34,289 nucleotides of DNA. Source: a virus (lineage: Duplodnaviria > Caudoviricetes). The DNA lies in the IMG/VR virus record IMGVR_UViG_3300046778_000122, positions 1 to 34,289 of that record. One strand, given 5' to 3'. The notes under the pieces were generated by a model. It was not told the origin of the DNA. It did not search any database and saw only the letters and a program-made list of their open reading frames with translations. Of this stretch, positions 23,988 to 33,961 are shown one piece after another; the first letter of the stretch is position 1, and each line of letters starts with the position of its first letter. The position numbers and the translations under genes were made by a program.

Positions 23988-26233
23988 TGAAATTACAAAC
24001 CGAGGTTTACATATCCATCGATAACGACAACTTTTTCAAAATTGATTTAGCGAAAAACGAATCAATAAATATGAAGTACGTGTTGAAAGACACTACGGAT
24101 TTAAGCAAGGTGTTTTCTCCATTTAGCTTGTCGTTTACTTTCCCTGGAACATTGAACAATCAAAATATTTTCGGTTTTGTTGGTAATACAAAAGTTTTTA
24201 AAACGAAAACCGATAATTTATTTGCGTGCAAAATCTATTCAAATGGCTTGTTGGCTCAAACAGGGAAACTAAAACTTACCGAGGTTCGGGAGGAAAATGG
24301 ATTTGTAAAATCTTTCACGGCAAATTTCACAACTACGATGCTATCTTTAGCTTTGCGAATGGGTGAAGATTTAATTAACGATTTACCAACTACGCCTGTA
24401 AGAATAAATTGGATACCAAACGAAGTTTTTCAAAGCATCAGTTCAATTAGGCTAGCCAACACACAGCCGATGACAGGAATTGATGTTAAGTATTACGTGC
24501 CGTTAATTTCAAATATTCGAATTTTTCAACGTCAACAAGTAACAACTACCAATTATTTAGACAACGTCCGTTATTTAGCAGCGTCCGACCCGTCAAGTGC
24601 AAAAGTCTTAAAGAGCGAGGAATTTTCGCCAGCCGTACAAGCTAGAACCATCATTGATATGATGAAAATTAAATACGGTTTAGATATTGAAATGCCTTTG
24701 GAGAATACGCAAGAATACAATGACTGGTTTATTTGGTGTAATTCGGCAAAAGCACAAGCGACAGATTTTATTTATTTTGATTTAATTAAGCCGTTTGGTT
24801 CATCAATTGAATATGACTATCAAAGACCCGACAGGATACCCAATGAAAGGAAATACAACATAACTGGTAACTTGTCAACAAATCAAATGACCATCACGAA
24901 AGACCCTGCCTCCAGTGGAAATTTTTACGACCATTTGAATTTAAGATTAACTTTCAACAATATAGTTTCGACAAAAGGGGAAAGTGATGTTGACGTAATT
25001 TTTGCGGTCGAATTGTCGAATGGTGCAATTTTCAATCAAATCACTTCTAAAGTTGAAAACGGAACTGTAACCGCTGATTTTTTGATTAAGGACACGGACT
25101 TTCTTTCTGGAACATTTATTTTTAAAGTAAAAGTCAAACCAACATCTCCTATCTTGTGGACTTCAAGTGATATTGGAATTTACAACGGATATTATGACCA
25201 CAACGCAGGAGGAGGTTCTACCCGTTCGGCTTGGGCGAGTTACAAGCAAGAAAGCCTTGGAAATAACAACAGTAGCACGATGGGAGGCACTAGAATTGAT
25301 TTATACAAGTCGTTGCCCGATATGAAGTGTACCGATTTTTTGGCGAGTTTCGTTAAGATGTTTAACATTTCCATTTTCGATGCCTCACCAAGTAACGACA
25401 AGTTGTTTTGGCTAACTCCAAATGACTTATTGATTGCTAATAAAAGCTATTCAAAAAAAGAAGTTGATTACACCGATTTTATAATTTCAAAATCAGTTAC
25501 TAAAACAATTGCAGCCGATTACAATTACTATAATTTCAAACATAAAACATCGAAGTACAAATCTAATGCCGATTATTTGGCAGCACGTGGAATTGAATTT
25601 GGACAAACGACTTATCCAACGATAAAACCAACACAGGATTTATTGGAATTTAAAGTAGAAACTGCATTTAGCATACTGGAAGCGTTGCCAATTGCGGGAA
25701 TGGTGGACGAACTTACATCTTACGGTTTTACGGACGAAACACCCGAAACATTGGTGACCGGAGAAAAGAGATACAAGCCAAACACGGAAGATTTTACCAT
25801 ATTTTTTGCGTGCGGATTGCGAAACTTGACGGGAGATAAAACGCTTGGATTTCAAAAAACAAATATTTCAAACATCGTTGTTACGGGGGAATTGAAAAGT
25901 TATATAAAAACAAGTCCCGTGCATCCTTTGGGAACTTCATTTGGTTTCTCATTGATACAAGAGGCAACGGTAAGGAGTTTGTATTATGATTTTTACAAGA
26001 GGCAAACCGAAAGACTATTGAACCCAAACACATTAAAGCAATTATATAAGTTGAGATTGCCAGCATCTGAACTGGTTTTAAATTATAAAACAACACAGGC
26101 GGGAATGTCGCAAGTACCAGACGGTTTCAGATTGCAGAACGAAATAGTTTTACAAGAACAAAGATTTTCAATTATCGATGCCCAAATAGATATAACAACA
26201 GGCGAGGCTTCAATGAACTTATTAAATTTTTAA
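23987..26233 (+). CDS. Tail tip/hub protein
   Basis: FSLSFTFPGTLNNQNIF N-terminus, DFLASFVKMFN; 748 aa, next to the tape measure gene. Confidence 0.55.
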   Translation: MKLQTEVYISIDNDNFFKIDLAKNESINMKYVLKDTTDLSKVFSPFSLSFTFPGTLNNQNIFGFVGNTKVFKTKTDNLFACKIYSNGLLAQTGKLKLTEVREENGFVKSFTANFTTTMLSLALRMGEDLINDLPTTPVRINWIPNEVFQSISSIRLANTQPMTGIDVKYYVPLISNIRIFQRQQVTTTNYLDNVRYLAASDPSSAKVLKSEEFSPAVQARTIIDMMKIKYGLDIEMPLENTQEYNDWFIWCNSAKAQATDFIYFDLIKPFGSSIEYDYQRPDRIPNERKYNITGNLSTNQMTITKDPASSGNFYDHLNLRLTFNNIVSTKGESDVDVIFAVELSNGAIFNQITSKVENGTVTADFLIKDTDFLSGTFIFKVKVKPTSPILWTSSDIGIYNGYYDHNAGGGSTRSAWASYKQESLGNNNSSTMGGTRIDLYKSLPDMKCTDFLASFVKMFNISIFDASPSNDKLFWLTPNDLLIANKSYSKKEVDYTDFIISKSVTKTIAADYNYYNFKHKTSKYKSNADYLAARGIEFGQTTYPTIKPTQDLLEFKVETAFSILEALPIAGMVDELTSYGFTDETPETLVTGEKRYKPNTEDFTIFFACGLRNLTGDKTLGFQKTNISNIVVTGELKSYIKTSPVHPLGTSFGFSLIQEATVRSLYYDFYKRQTERLLNPNTLKQLYKLRLPASELVLNYKTTQAGMSQVPDGFRLQNEIVLQEQRFSIIDAQIDITTGEASMNLLNF

Positions 26234-26236
26234 ACA

Positions 26237-28189
26237 ATGGCAGAAAATAAAGAAAAGTACTCGATAGATTTTCAAACGAATGCAGACGCGGCCGCAAAGG
26301 ACGTGCAAGGATTAAGCGCATCGATTGATCAAAGTACGGAAGCGGCAAAGAAAAACAAAGGAGCAACAGACAACCAAGAAGAAAGCTACAAAACTTTAAA
26401 AGTTCAACTTCGTGAGGCTATCGTTGAACAGCAAAAACTTTCTGCACAATATGGCTCAACTAGTGCTGAGGCAATAAAAGCCACTAAGGCAGTCGCAGGA
26501 ATAAAAGACGAAATTGGATTTCAAAAAAAATTAGTTGAGTCTTATAATCCAGACGACAAGTTTAGAAAACTGACCCAAACAGCAGGTGTTGCGGCATTGG
26601 CATTGGGTGGCGTTAAAGATGGTTTTTCTGCTTTGGGAATTGAGAGTAAAGTATTAGATAAAGTAATTGGCAGCGCACAAGCTATACTTGGAGTTACAAG
26701 TGCGGTTGCTGGAATGTCGGATGCTTATGCGGTATTAACCGCTGCAAAAAAAGCAAAAGTAGCAACTGACATTGTAGAGGCTGGAACAACACAGGCGGTG
26801 GCGGTTGCCGAGGGCGAGGCTGCCGCTGCGACTTGGAGTTGGAACGCTGCATTATTGGCTAATCCAGCCATTGCCATTGCCGCAGGTATTTTGGCTTTAG
26901 GTGCAGGTATTTACGCATTTGTCAAAATAACAGGCGATGCCGTTAAAGAAGAAGAAAAAGCGAAGGTAGCTAGTATGCAATTAACTGTAGCTATCGATAA
27001 CCAAGCAAAAGCATTCGAAAATAACAACAAGTTTGCAACAGCAAGCAACAGCCACAAGATTGAAATGCTCAGGGCTAGAGGGGCAAGCGAGGCGCAAATA
27101 TACAAGGAAACAAAAGCGTTAGCAGAACAAGAGCTACAACTTGCAAAGAATTATCGAGCCGAAGCAATATTGGCAGAACAGAAAGCCTACGAAGTCAACA
27201 GGGATAACCCAACGGAATTTAATGCAGCAACTTTAAAAAAGGCACAGGAAAATATAGAGAAAGCCAAAACAGCCGTTAGCGTTGGTTATGATGGATTGAT
27301 TTCTTTGCAAAATTCGCACGAAGTAGCAGTTGTTCAAGCGCAAACGGATGCGGCACAAAAAGCGCAAGAAAAAGCAGAACAAGCGAGACAAAAAGAAATT
27401 GACGACGCAAAAAAAGCACAAGAAAAAGCGATTCAAGATAAAAAAGAATATCTGGCAAAAGCAAACGAAGTTGAAGATGAGTTTGATTTAATAAAATCAG
27501 AATCGCTATCTGAAAAAAGGCAGTCGGAAAATGATGCGATGACCGAATATTTAGCGGCAAAATTAGTCATTGAAACAAACAACAATGAAGAAAGAAAAAG
27601 AACGTTAGAGCAAGCGGCCGAAGAAGAAATAAGAATTGAAAACTATAAGAAAGACCAGAAAAAAGCAATTCAAGATGGGTCTTTTGCCATTGCGGGACAA
27701 GCTATTGAATTAGCTAAAACACTGGGAGGAAAAAGCCGTGCAATACAAAAAGCCGCCTTAGTAGCTGAAAGCGCGGTGGGCATCGGGAAAACAATTCAGA
27801 ACACAGTAACGGGTAATGCCGCTGCACTGGCTCAGGGAATCGTGCAAGCGGGACCAATAGCGGGTCCCGCAATAGCCGCGCCAGCCATTGCAACGAATAC
27901 TGTCCTAGGAGGCTTAAGTGTTGCGACAAATATAGCCGCAACCGTAAAGGCATTAGGAGCGTTAGGCGGTGGCGGTGCGCCATCTGCTGGTGGCGCAATA
28001 CCATCAGTTAGTGGCGTGGGCGCAACGCCACAAACTGGATTCCAAGCGAGTAGCGAAAACCAAATAGCAACATCAATTTCAGCACAACAAAATAATATGC
28101 CAATTATCAAAACCTACGTAGTTGGCAGCGAGGTCAAAACACAAACTGACCTTGATGCAAAATTAATTCAACAAAATAGCTTTGGTTAA
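26237..28189 (+). CDS. Tape measure protein
   Basis: Ala-rich helical; WNAALLANP...IAAGILAL TM-like segment; long coiled coil. Confidence 0.85.
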   Translation: MAENKEKYSIDFQTNADAAAKDVQGLSASIDQSTEAAKKNKGATDNQEESYKTLKVQLREAIVEQQKLSAQYGSTSAEAIKATKAVAGIKDEIGFQKKLVESYNPDDKFRKLTQTAGVAALALGGVKDGFSALGIESKVLDKVIGSAQAILGVTSAVAGMSDAYAVLTAAKKAKVATDIVEAGTTQAVAVAEGEAAAATWSWNAALLANPAIAIAAGILALGAGIYAFVKITGDAVKEEEKAKVASMQLTVAIDNQAKAFENNNKFATASNSHKIEMLRARGASEAQIYKETKALAEQELQLAKNYRAEAILAEQKAYEVNRDNPTEFNAATLKKAQENIEKAKTAVSVGYDGLISLQNSHEVAVVQAQTDAAQKAQEKAEQARQKEIDDAKKAQEKAIQDKKEYLAKANEVEDEFDLIKSESLSEKRQSENDAMTEYLAAKLVIETNNNEERKRTLEQAAEEEIRIENYKKDQKKAIQDGSFAIAGQAIELAKTLGGKSRAIQKAALVAESAVGIGKTIQNTVTGNAAALAQGIVQAGPIAGPAIAAPAIATNTVLGGLSVATNIAATVKALGALGGGGAPSAGGAIPSVSGVGATPQTGFQASSENQIATSISAQQNNMPIIKTYVVGSEVKTQTDLDAKLIQQNSFG

Positions 28190-28200
28190 TAAAAAATTAT

Positions 28201-28313
28201 TATATTTGTAAATGAAATTTGTGTGAAGATGCACAAAACCAAAATTTAGCCATTTTGAAAACAGTATTAAAAGACCGAAAAAGCCTAATTGATTAAATTC
28301 GATTAGGCTTTTT
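28201..28313 (+). promoter_or_regulatory. Promoter, leader hairpin and terminator-like hairpin before the head operon
   Basis: TATATTTG (28201-28208); hairpin 28218-28237; AAAAAGCCTAATTGA/TCGATTAGGCTTTTT (28278-28313). Confidence 0.55.
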
Positions 28314-28327
28314 GTCGTTATACCAAT

Positions 28328-29356
28328 ATGAAAAGATATAAAATACATACAGGCGAAGATTCCAAGGGGCTTTTAAAAGTTTCCTTTGTTGCCGAGCCTG
28401 CTATTCAATCAAAATTGATGTATTTCACGGAAGAAAAAAAACGCTTTGTTTTTACTGATGAAGAAAAACGTATTATTTATGCGCCAGCTTTGATTCCTGA
28501 TTTAGATATTTTTAGAAAAAATATAAATGGCGAACCAGCAAACGTGTTCTTTGATAAAGAAACTATCTTAAAACTTCATTTAGACGGTTGCCGTAACGGT
28601 TATGATTCTAAAATAAACCTAAATCACAGCGAAACCGAAGATATTACAGGCGTTTATTGCTTCGAAAACTGGATAGTTGGCGAAGATAACAGAGCCGAAA
28701 AGTTAGGTTTTGAAGTTCCGGAAGGTACTTTGATGAAAGGATACAAAGTTGACAATGAAGAACTTTGGCAAGACATAAAAGCTGGTAAAGTAACTGGATT
28801 AAGCATTGAAGCGGCTCTTATGCCGATAGAAGAAGAACCAATTAATAAATTTAATATGAATAAAAAAACAATCATTGAAAAGATAGTTGCTCTATTCGCT
28901 GACGAAAAAACCGAGTACGCAACAGGCTTTTTTGGCAATTCATTAGAAAGCGGGTCAATTATCACAGATGCCGATGGCAATCCATTAGCTGATAAAGAAT
29001 TTGAATTTGACGGCAAAAAATACAAAACGGATGCCGAGGGCAAAGTTTCTGAAGTTGTTGCCGAAGAAAAAGAAGTTGAATTGGAAGACGATAGCGCATC
29101 TAAAATCACAGCTCTTGAAACTGAAATTGCAGACTTAAAAGCACAATTGGCAGCCAAAGAAGAAATGAAAATGACAGCCGAAACGGAACTTTCAACTTTG
29201 AAATTAAGTAACGAAACACAAGTTACTGAAATTGTTAAGTTGACTGCTGATTTGATTGAAGCGAAAAAAGTTCAGAATTTTCAAAAACAGGAAGACATTC
29301 CTTATGAAAAAATGAGCAACGTTCAAAAAGCTAAATTTAACCGAGGAAAATTATAA
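28328..29356 (+). CDS. Prohead protease (XkdF-like) with scaffold C-terminus
   Basis: EEKRIIYAPALIPD, NLNH, IKAGKVTGLSIEA; acidic coiled-coil tail. Confidence 0.75.
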   Translation: MKRYKIHTGEDSKGLLKVSFVAEPAIQSKLMYFTEEKKRFVFTDEEKRIIYAPALIPDLDIFRKNINGEPANVFFDKETILKLHLDGCRNGYDSKINLNHSETEDITGVYCFENWIVGEDNRAEKLGFEVPEGTLMKGYKVDNEELWQDIKAGKVTGLSIEAALMPIEEEPINKFNMNKKTIIEKIVALFADEKTEYATGFFGNSLESGSIITDADGNPLADKEFEFDGKKYKTDAEGKVSEVVAEEKEVELEDDSASKITALETEIADLKAQLAAKEEMKMTAETELSTLKLSNETQVTEIVKLTADLIEAKKVQNFQKQEDIPYEKMSNVQKAKFNRGKL

Positions 29357-29376
29357 ACCAATAAAAAAATAAACCA

Positions 29377-30408
29377 ATGGCAGTAACTTATACAGGTACA
29401 AAGACCGAAGCTGGCGAGTACGCAGAAATTGTTCAGGAAATCTACGCAGATTCCCCGACCTTTCGAGGTGAAACAATCGAAATTGTAGAGGGTCACAAAT
29501 CAGGAATGGACATTTACGAAAGTTCAGCAGAAATCACTTTTTCGGCAGCTAACTATGGAGCGGTAACCGCTGACAACGTGGCTTTGAAAACTCAAAAATC
29601 CAAAGTAGATTTAGCGACATTTAATGTTGAAGGGGTTATAGACGAAAGCTCTTTAAAAGGAACTCGTTTTGAAAAATCAATGAAAGCAGGGGCGTTCAAT
29701 GTCGTTTCAGATGAGTTTGATCAAAAAGTTTTGATTCAAGTGCAGCCAGCCGTTGGTGCAAAATTAGAGGCTTGGGTTTGGGATGGAGCTACGGCTGCCA
29801 CAAAAGTGGCTATCGCAGCCTTAACACCGGGCGCAGGTCAAGGAAGTATAACGGCAGCGGCTCAAACAAAAGTTGCAGCAATGGCAACTACATTGTTTGA
29901 TTCAATTCCTACTACAATGCTTTATAATGCATCACAATCCAAAGCAGCACCGGGTGCAGGATTGGGAGATTATTTAAAAGTAACAGGAACAACCGTTACG
30001 ACTTCAAATATTGTTGCGGAATATGTAAAAATCTACAATGCAATTCCAGACGATGTTTTGGTAAAAACGGGAGACGATGCGCCGATTATTTATGCTCCTA
30101 AAGGAGATTACAAATTAATCAAATCTGTAAACAGAGTTCAAGGGGCTGCGCTTCAAGAAAACTTCGTTGGAAATTCATTTAACGACATGTATTTCAATGA
30201 CGTAAAAATCATTTTTGTTGACTTAGTAGGTTTCAGAATTGCCGCTCAAAAAACAAACTTGAAATTGATTATGGATTTGTTGTCTGATTCTTCTCAATTG
30301 ATTATCGAAAAAGAAGCCAACGCTTCGACTCGAAGAATCTTGAAATTAATCAACACAATGAACACTTGGGTTGTTAAGCAAAAATGGAACGTTCTTTACA
30401 ACGGATAA
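29377..30408 (+). CDS. Major capsid protein
   Basis: 343 aa, directly after the protease/scaffold and followed by a terminator. Confidence 0.7.
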   Translation: MAVTYTGTKTEAGEYAEIVQEIYADSPTFRGETIEIVEGHKSGMDIYESSAEITFSAANYGAVTADNVALKTQKSKVDLATFNVEGVIDESSLKGTRFEKSMKAGAFNVVSDEFDQKVLIQVQPAVGAKLEAWVWDGATAATKVAIAALTPGAGQGSITAAAQTKVAAMATTLFDSIPTTMLYNASQSKAAPGAGLGDYLKVTGTTVTTSNIVAEYVKIYNAIPDDVLVKTGDDAPIIYAPKGDYKLIKSVNRVQGAALQENFVGNSFNDMYFNDVKIIFVDLVGFRIAAQKTNLKLIMDLLSDSSQLIIEKEANASTRRILKLINTMNTWVVKQKWNVLYNG

Positions 30409-30429
30409 TCTATAACAATTCTAAATAAC

Positions 30430-30456
30430 AAGCCCTCTCATTTGAGGGGGTTTTTT
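30430..30456 (+). terminator. Intrinsic terminator
   Basis: AAGCCCTCTCA-TT-TGAGGGGGTT followed by a T-run. Confidence 0.75.
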
Positions 30457-30470
30457 AATACAAAAAGTTT

Positions 30471-30773
30471 ATGCCACGAATTAATTTAGGAGTTCTTAAT
30501 TGTTTGCCAGAAAACAAATTACCGATTGGTTACAAAAAACCACTGGTAAATACATTTCCTGCCTACAATTCAATTGAAAAATTAACTTTGAATGTTTTGA
30601 AATCTGACGTTAAAAAACCAATGATTGATTTGGTTAACGAATTGAAAAAACAAATCAATTCTTTGGTTGAAAAAAGAGAACATATAGAAACATTCGGAGT
30701 ATTCAAAAACATTTCAGAAAATGCAACTTCATTTATTTGTGAAGTTGATTTGTACATTAAAAAAATAACTTAA
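30471..30773 (+). CDS. Hypothetical protein
   Basis: Fills the gap between capsid and tail tube. Confidence 0.55.
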   Translation: MPRINLGVLNCLPENKLPIGYKKPLVNTFPAYNSIEKLTLNVLKSDVKKPMIDLVNELKKQINSLVEKREHIETFGVFKNISENATSFICEVDLYIKKIT

Positions 30774-30785
30774 AAAATAAAAGAT

Positions 30786-31307
30786 ATGTGCGGAACTACG
30801 CTAACAGCATCGAGAAAAAAAACTGGCTTTATTAAGCCAAAAGGGTATAAAGCCATCGGTTTTGCCGTATGGGACAGTGCAAATATAATCCAAAACACTT
30901 CTACTGGGGTAATAGCTTTGCCCGCTGGAATTACGGCCGTTTACCGTTTTGAAGTAAAAAATACTGCCGATAATTTTATTGAAACAGCATCGAAAGACCC
31001 TGTTACAATGACGGGGAACAAAGCAGGAGTTGGAACATTCGCCTTAATGTATTGCGAAAGAATTAAGAATTTAGCTGATGCGCAAGCGTTATTGGACGGT
31101 GTATTCAACGTGTTTTTCGAACATAATGACGGCACAAGTATCACGCTTGCAGGGGCTGCCAATGGCGCAGATATAATTACAATAGTAGAAAGCACGGATG
31201 CGCAAGGCTTCTTGTTTACTCTAAATACTTTTGAACCCGCATTTGCCTACACTTTGGCAGCGGCTGGAGTTACTGCTTATAATGCAATCATTGCAGACGT
31301 AGTATAA
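30786..31307 (+). CDS. Major tail tube protein (putative)
   Basis: MCG start, AGAANGAD, GFLFTLNTFEP pattern; 173 aa. Confidence 0.55.
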   Translation: MCGTTLTASRKKTGFIKPKGYKAIGFAVWDSANIIQNTSTGVIALPAGITAVYRFEVKNTADNFIETASKDPVTMTGNKAGVGTFALMYCERIKNLADAQALLDGVFNVFFEHNDGTSITLAGAANGADIITIVESTDAQGFLFTLNTFEPAFAYTLAAAGVTAYNAIIADVV

Positions 31308-31633
31308 TGAAAGTTTTGAAATTAAATACTCCTTTTGAAATTAGCGTAGTCCCTAGGATTGCGCTTGTTTCATCGGACGAATTAATTTTCACGGCAAGAA
31401 ATGAAGCAACTGGATTGAGTGCCGAATACACATTGTTTTGGTCATTGATTAATGGGCGTTTGAATTTTGAACTTCCAGACACGAACGCTGATTTTTTAGC
31501 AGGAAATAAATACGAAATTTTCATAACTTCCAACGATGTAATAATTTATCGCGGAAAAATGATAATTGTAAAAGAAGACACGAACATTCAAAACTATACA
31601 CCATCGAAACAAACGACACCCAGATTTCTTTAA
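31307..31633 (+). CDS. Small structural protein
   Basis: IIYRGKM motif; TAATG coupling on both sides. Confidence 0.5.
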   Translation: MKVLKLNTPFEISVVPRIALVSSDELIFTARNEATGLSAEYTLFWSLINGRLNFELPDTNADFLAGNKYEIFITSNDVIIYRGKMIIVKEDTNIQNYTPSKQTTPRFL

Positions 31634-32685
31634 TGGCGTTTTCGGCTTATATGCCGACAATAAAAGAAATACAAATAGGCACAAAATACGTACTAAATGG
31701 GTTGAATAACAAAAATTATAAGCTATTTACAGATGCTTATGACGATTCAGTAACCAATTCAGCTTGCATAAATGACATCTCTAACCTGATTAAAGGCGAA
31801 GGATTGACAAATAAATCAGGCGGCAAGTCGCCAACGTCAATCATATCAGATGACGATTGGGGTTTGCTTGTTTTGGACTATAAAAAACAAGGGCAAACAG
31901 CCTTACAAATCATTTGGTACGCTGGAAAACCAATTAAAATATATCATATTCCATTGGAAAACACCGCATTGAATGTTGACGAAACAGGAATGAAAGTAAA
32001 CGGATATTGGTATTGCTACGATTGGAAAAGACAATACAAATACAAGCCAGTTCTTTATCCTAAATTCGATAAAGAAAATCCAGAGAACAAAACGCAAATG
32101 TTAATTATCAAAAGACCGTCAAATGAACCGTTATTCGCAAGGCCTGACTGGTTTCCCGCATTAAGATGGGCGCAAGATGAGGGATTAATGGCACAGCATT
32201 CGTTTAACGATGTTGCAACAGGTTTTTCTGGTCAAAAGGTAATTAACTGGGTTGGTGGTCGTGGATTAACAGCAGACGAAAAAAGAGCAGTTATCGCTGA
32301 AATAAGAGAAAAGTTTTCTGGAATTAATGGACAGAGATTAATTATTTCTGTAAATGATTCTCCTGAGAATTCCGTAGTAGTCGACAACATTGACCCGCCA
32401 AGCGTAAATGCAACCTACGTAAATTATACCGAAGAAGCTGAAAGAAAAATTTTGATAGCTCACTCGTATCCATCTATTTTATTGGCAGGATCTAAAACGG
32501 GATTTTCTTCAAATGCGGATGAAATTGCGGTTGCAACTAAATCGTTTTTTCGTAGGGTAATAAATCCGGCAAGAAAAACTTTATTATCAGGATTGCAAAG
32601 TATATTTGACATAATTGGAGAAGGGATCGTTTTGGACGTGAAAGATTTTGAAAGCGAAGAACTTGACAATAACACAAGCGAATAA
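31633..32685 (+). CDS. Portal protein (putative)
   Basis: DSVTNSACI, KILIAHSYPSILLAG...GFSSNADEI, VINPARKTLL. Confidence 0.75.
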   Translation: MAFSAYMPTIKEIQIGTKYVLNGLNNKNYKLFTDAYDDSVTNSACINDISNLIKGEGLTNKSGGKSPTSIISDDDWGLLVLDYKKQGQTALQIIWYAGKPIKIYHIPLENTALNVDETGMKVNGYWYCYDWKRQYKYKPVLYPKFDKENPENKTQMLIIKRPSNEPLFARPDWFPALRWAQDEGLMAQHSFNDVATGFSGQKVINWVGGRGLTADEKRAVIAEIREKFSGINGQRLIISVNDSPENSVVVDNIDPPSVNATYVNYTEEAERKILIAHSYPSILLAGSKTGFSSNADEIAVATKSFFRRVINPARKTLLSGLQSIFDIIGEGIVLDVKDFESEELDNNTSE

Positions 32686-32687
32686 TT

Positions 32688-33164
32688 ATGAGTACAATTA
32701 AACTAATGATACAGCCAGCGGACGCGATAGCATTGACACAGCTCGATGGAAACATTGACGTTGACAACTTGAAGCCTAGCATTTACGCAGCTCAAACGAC
32801 TCATTTAAAAGCTTTTTTAGGATTGAAATTGTATACGAAAATATATACTGATTTTGATTCAGACGATTTGGCTGGCGAATATTTGATTATTTTCAACGAT
32901 TACATCAAAGATTTTCTTTCTTACTACGCTTCGGCTTTGTTCGTGGATTTTGGAGGCTACAAGGTTTCTGAAAACGGCTTACATAAAGTAGCTGGGGAAA
33001 ATATGACATCACTTTCTGAAACGGAAATAGCTACTTTGTCGTTAAAATACACTAAATTAGTAGCCAACGTAGAGGCGAATTTTAAAGAATATGTTTCAGA
33101 TAAAAACTTGCCAGAATTAAGCTGCAATTCAATTAACATTCAAAGCGACCACCCATGGCTATAA
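32688..33164 (+). CDS. Head-tail adaptor (putative)
   Basis: GNIDVDNLKPSIYAAQTTHLKAFLGLKLY; follows the portal. Confidence 0.55.
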   Translation: MSTIKLMIQPADAIALTQLDGNIDVDNLKPSIYAAQTTHLKAFLGLKLYTKIYTDFDSDDLAGEYLIIFNDYIKDFLSYYASALFVDFGGYKVSENGLHKVAGENMTSLSETEIATLSLKYTKLVANVEANFKEYVSDKNLPELSCNSINIQSDHPWL

Positions 33165-33961
33165 TTCAAGTAGTAAATGTTTCGACTCCAAATGACGGAT
33201 TAGGCGACACTTTAAGGGTATCTCAGGTAAAAAGAAATGCAAACGAGTCTGAACTAAACGACAAGAAAGTTGAAAAGGTTGCAGGTTTCGATTTGTCGGA
33301 AAATAATTTTACCGATACAGAAAAAGCTAAACTTGCCGTAATTGAAGAAGGCGCACAGGTAAATGTTCGCGGCAATATGCAGCAGCAAGATCCAGATGCG
33401 CCAGATTATATACTTGGAAAAACGACAAGCGGAAACATAATTTCTTTTGGTAATTATTCTTTAGTTGGACAAAAATTGACTATTTTTGCGGGTTGGTTTT
33501 GGAAAATAAATGATGTGTTGTATTCGAATTCAACAAATATTGTAATTAATTTTCCTTATGCAGCAACTGGATTACAAAGATTAGATGCCGTTGTTTTCGA
33601 TACTTTCAATTCAGCTCAAAGAGTTGACGGTGACGAGGTGGCAAGTTCGCCAACTATTCCGTTATTGATCCCTGACTCTATTTTATTTTCAATTTCTTTA
33701 ATTACAGACGGCTCGGTAGGTGCGCCATCTACTCCAAAAGCAACAGGAATTTCATTAAAACGTTTCTCTGGCTCAGGACAAACATATGCCATCCCAACAG
33801 GCGAAACGGCAATGATTGCCTATATAGATGGATATGTGCAATATCTTGAAGATTCATCATTTACGGCCGACCTAAACACGTTCACGCAAACAGGTAACAT
33901 AGTTGCCTTCAAAACAACAATCGAAGCAGGTTCACAAATTCTAATCCAATATTACATATAA
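33155..33961 (+). CDS. Tail fibre-associated structural protein
   Basis: PNDGLGDTLR...NANESEL and LSENNFTDTEKAKL...IEEGAQVNV motifs. Confidence 0.6.
   Translation: MAIIQVVNVSTPNDGLGDTLRVSQVKRNANESELNDKKVEKVAGFDLSENNFTDTEKAKLAVIEEGAQVNVRGNMQQQDPDAPDYILGKTTSGNIISFGNYSLVGQKLTIFAGWFWKINDVLYSNSTNIVINFPYAATGLQRLDAVVFDTFNSAQRVDGDEVASSPTIPLLIPDSILFSISLITDGSVGAPSTPKATGISLKRFSGSGQTYAIPTGETAMIAYIDGYVQYLEDSSFTADLNTFTQTGNIVAFKTTIEAGSQILIQYYI

Noticed and set aside
15284-33139. Numerous short minus-strand ORFs inside replication and structural genes
   Set aside because: Antisense shadows of long, motif-bearing plus-strand genes, with no independent signals.
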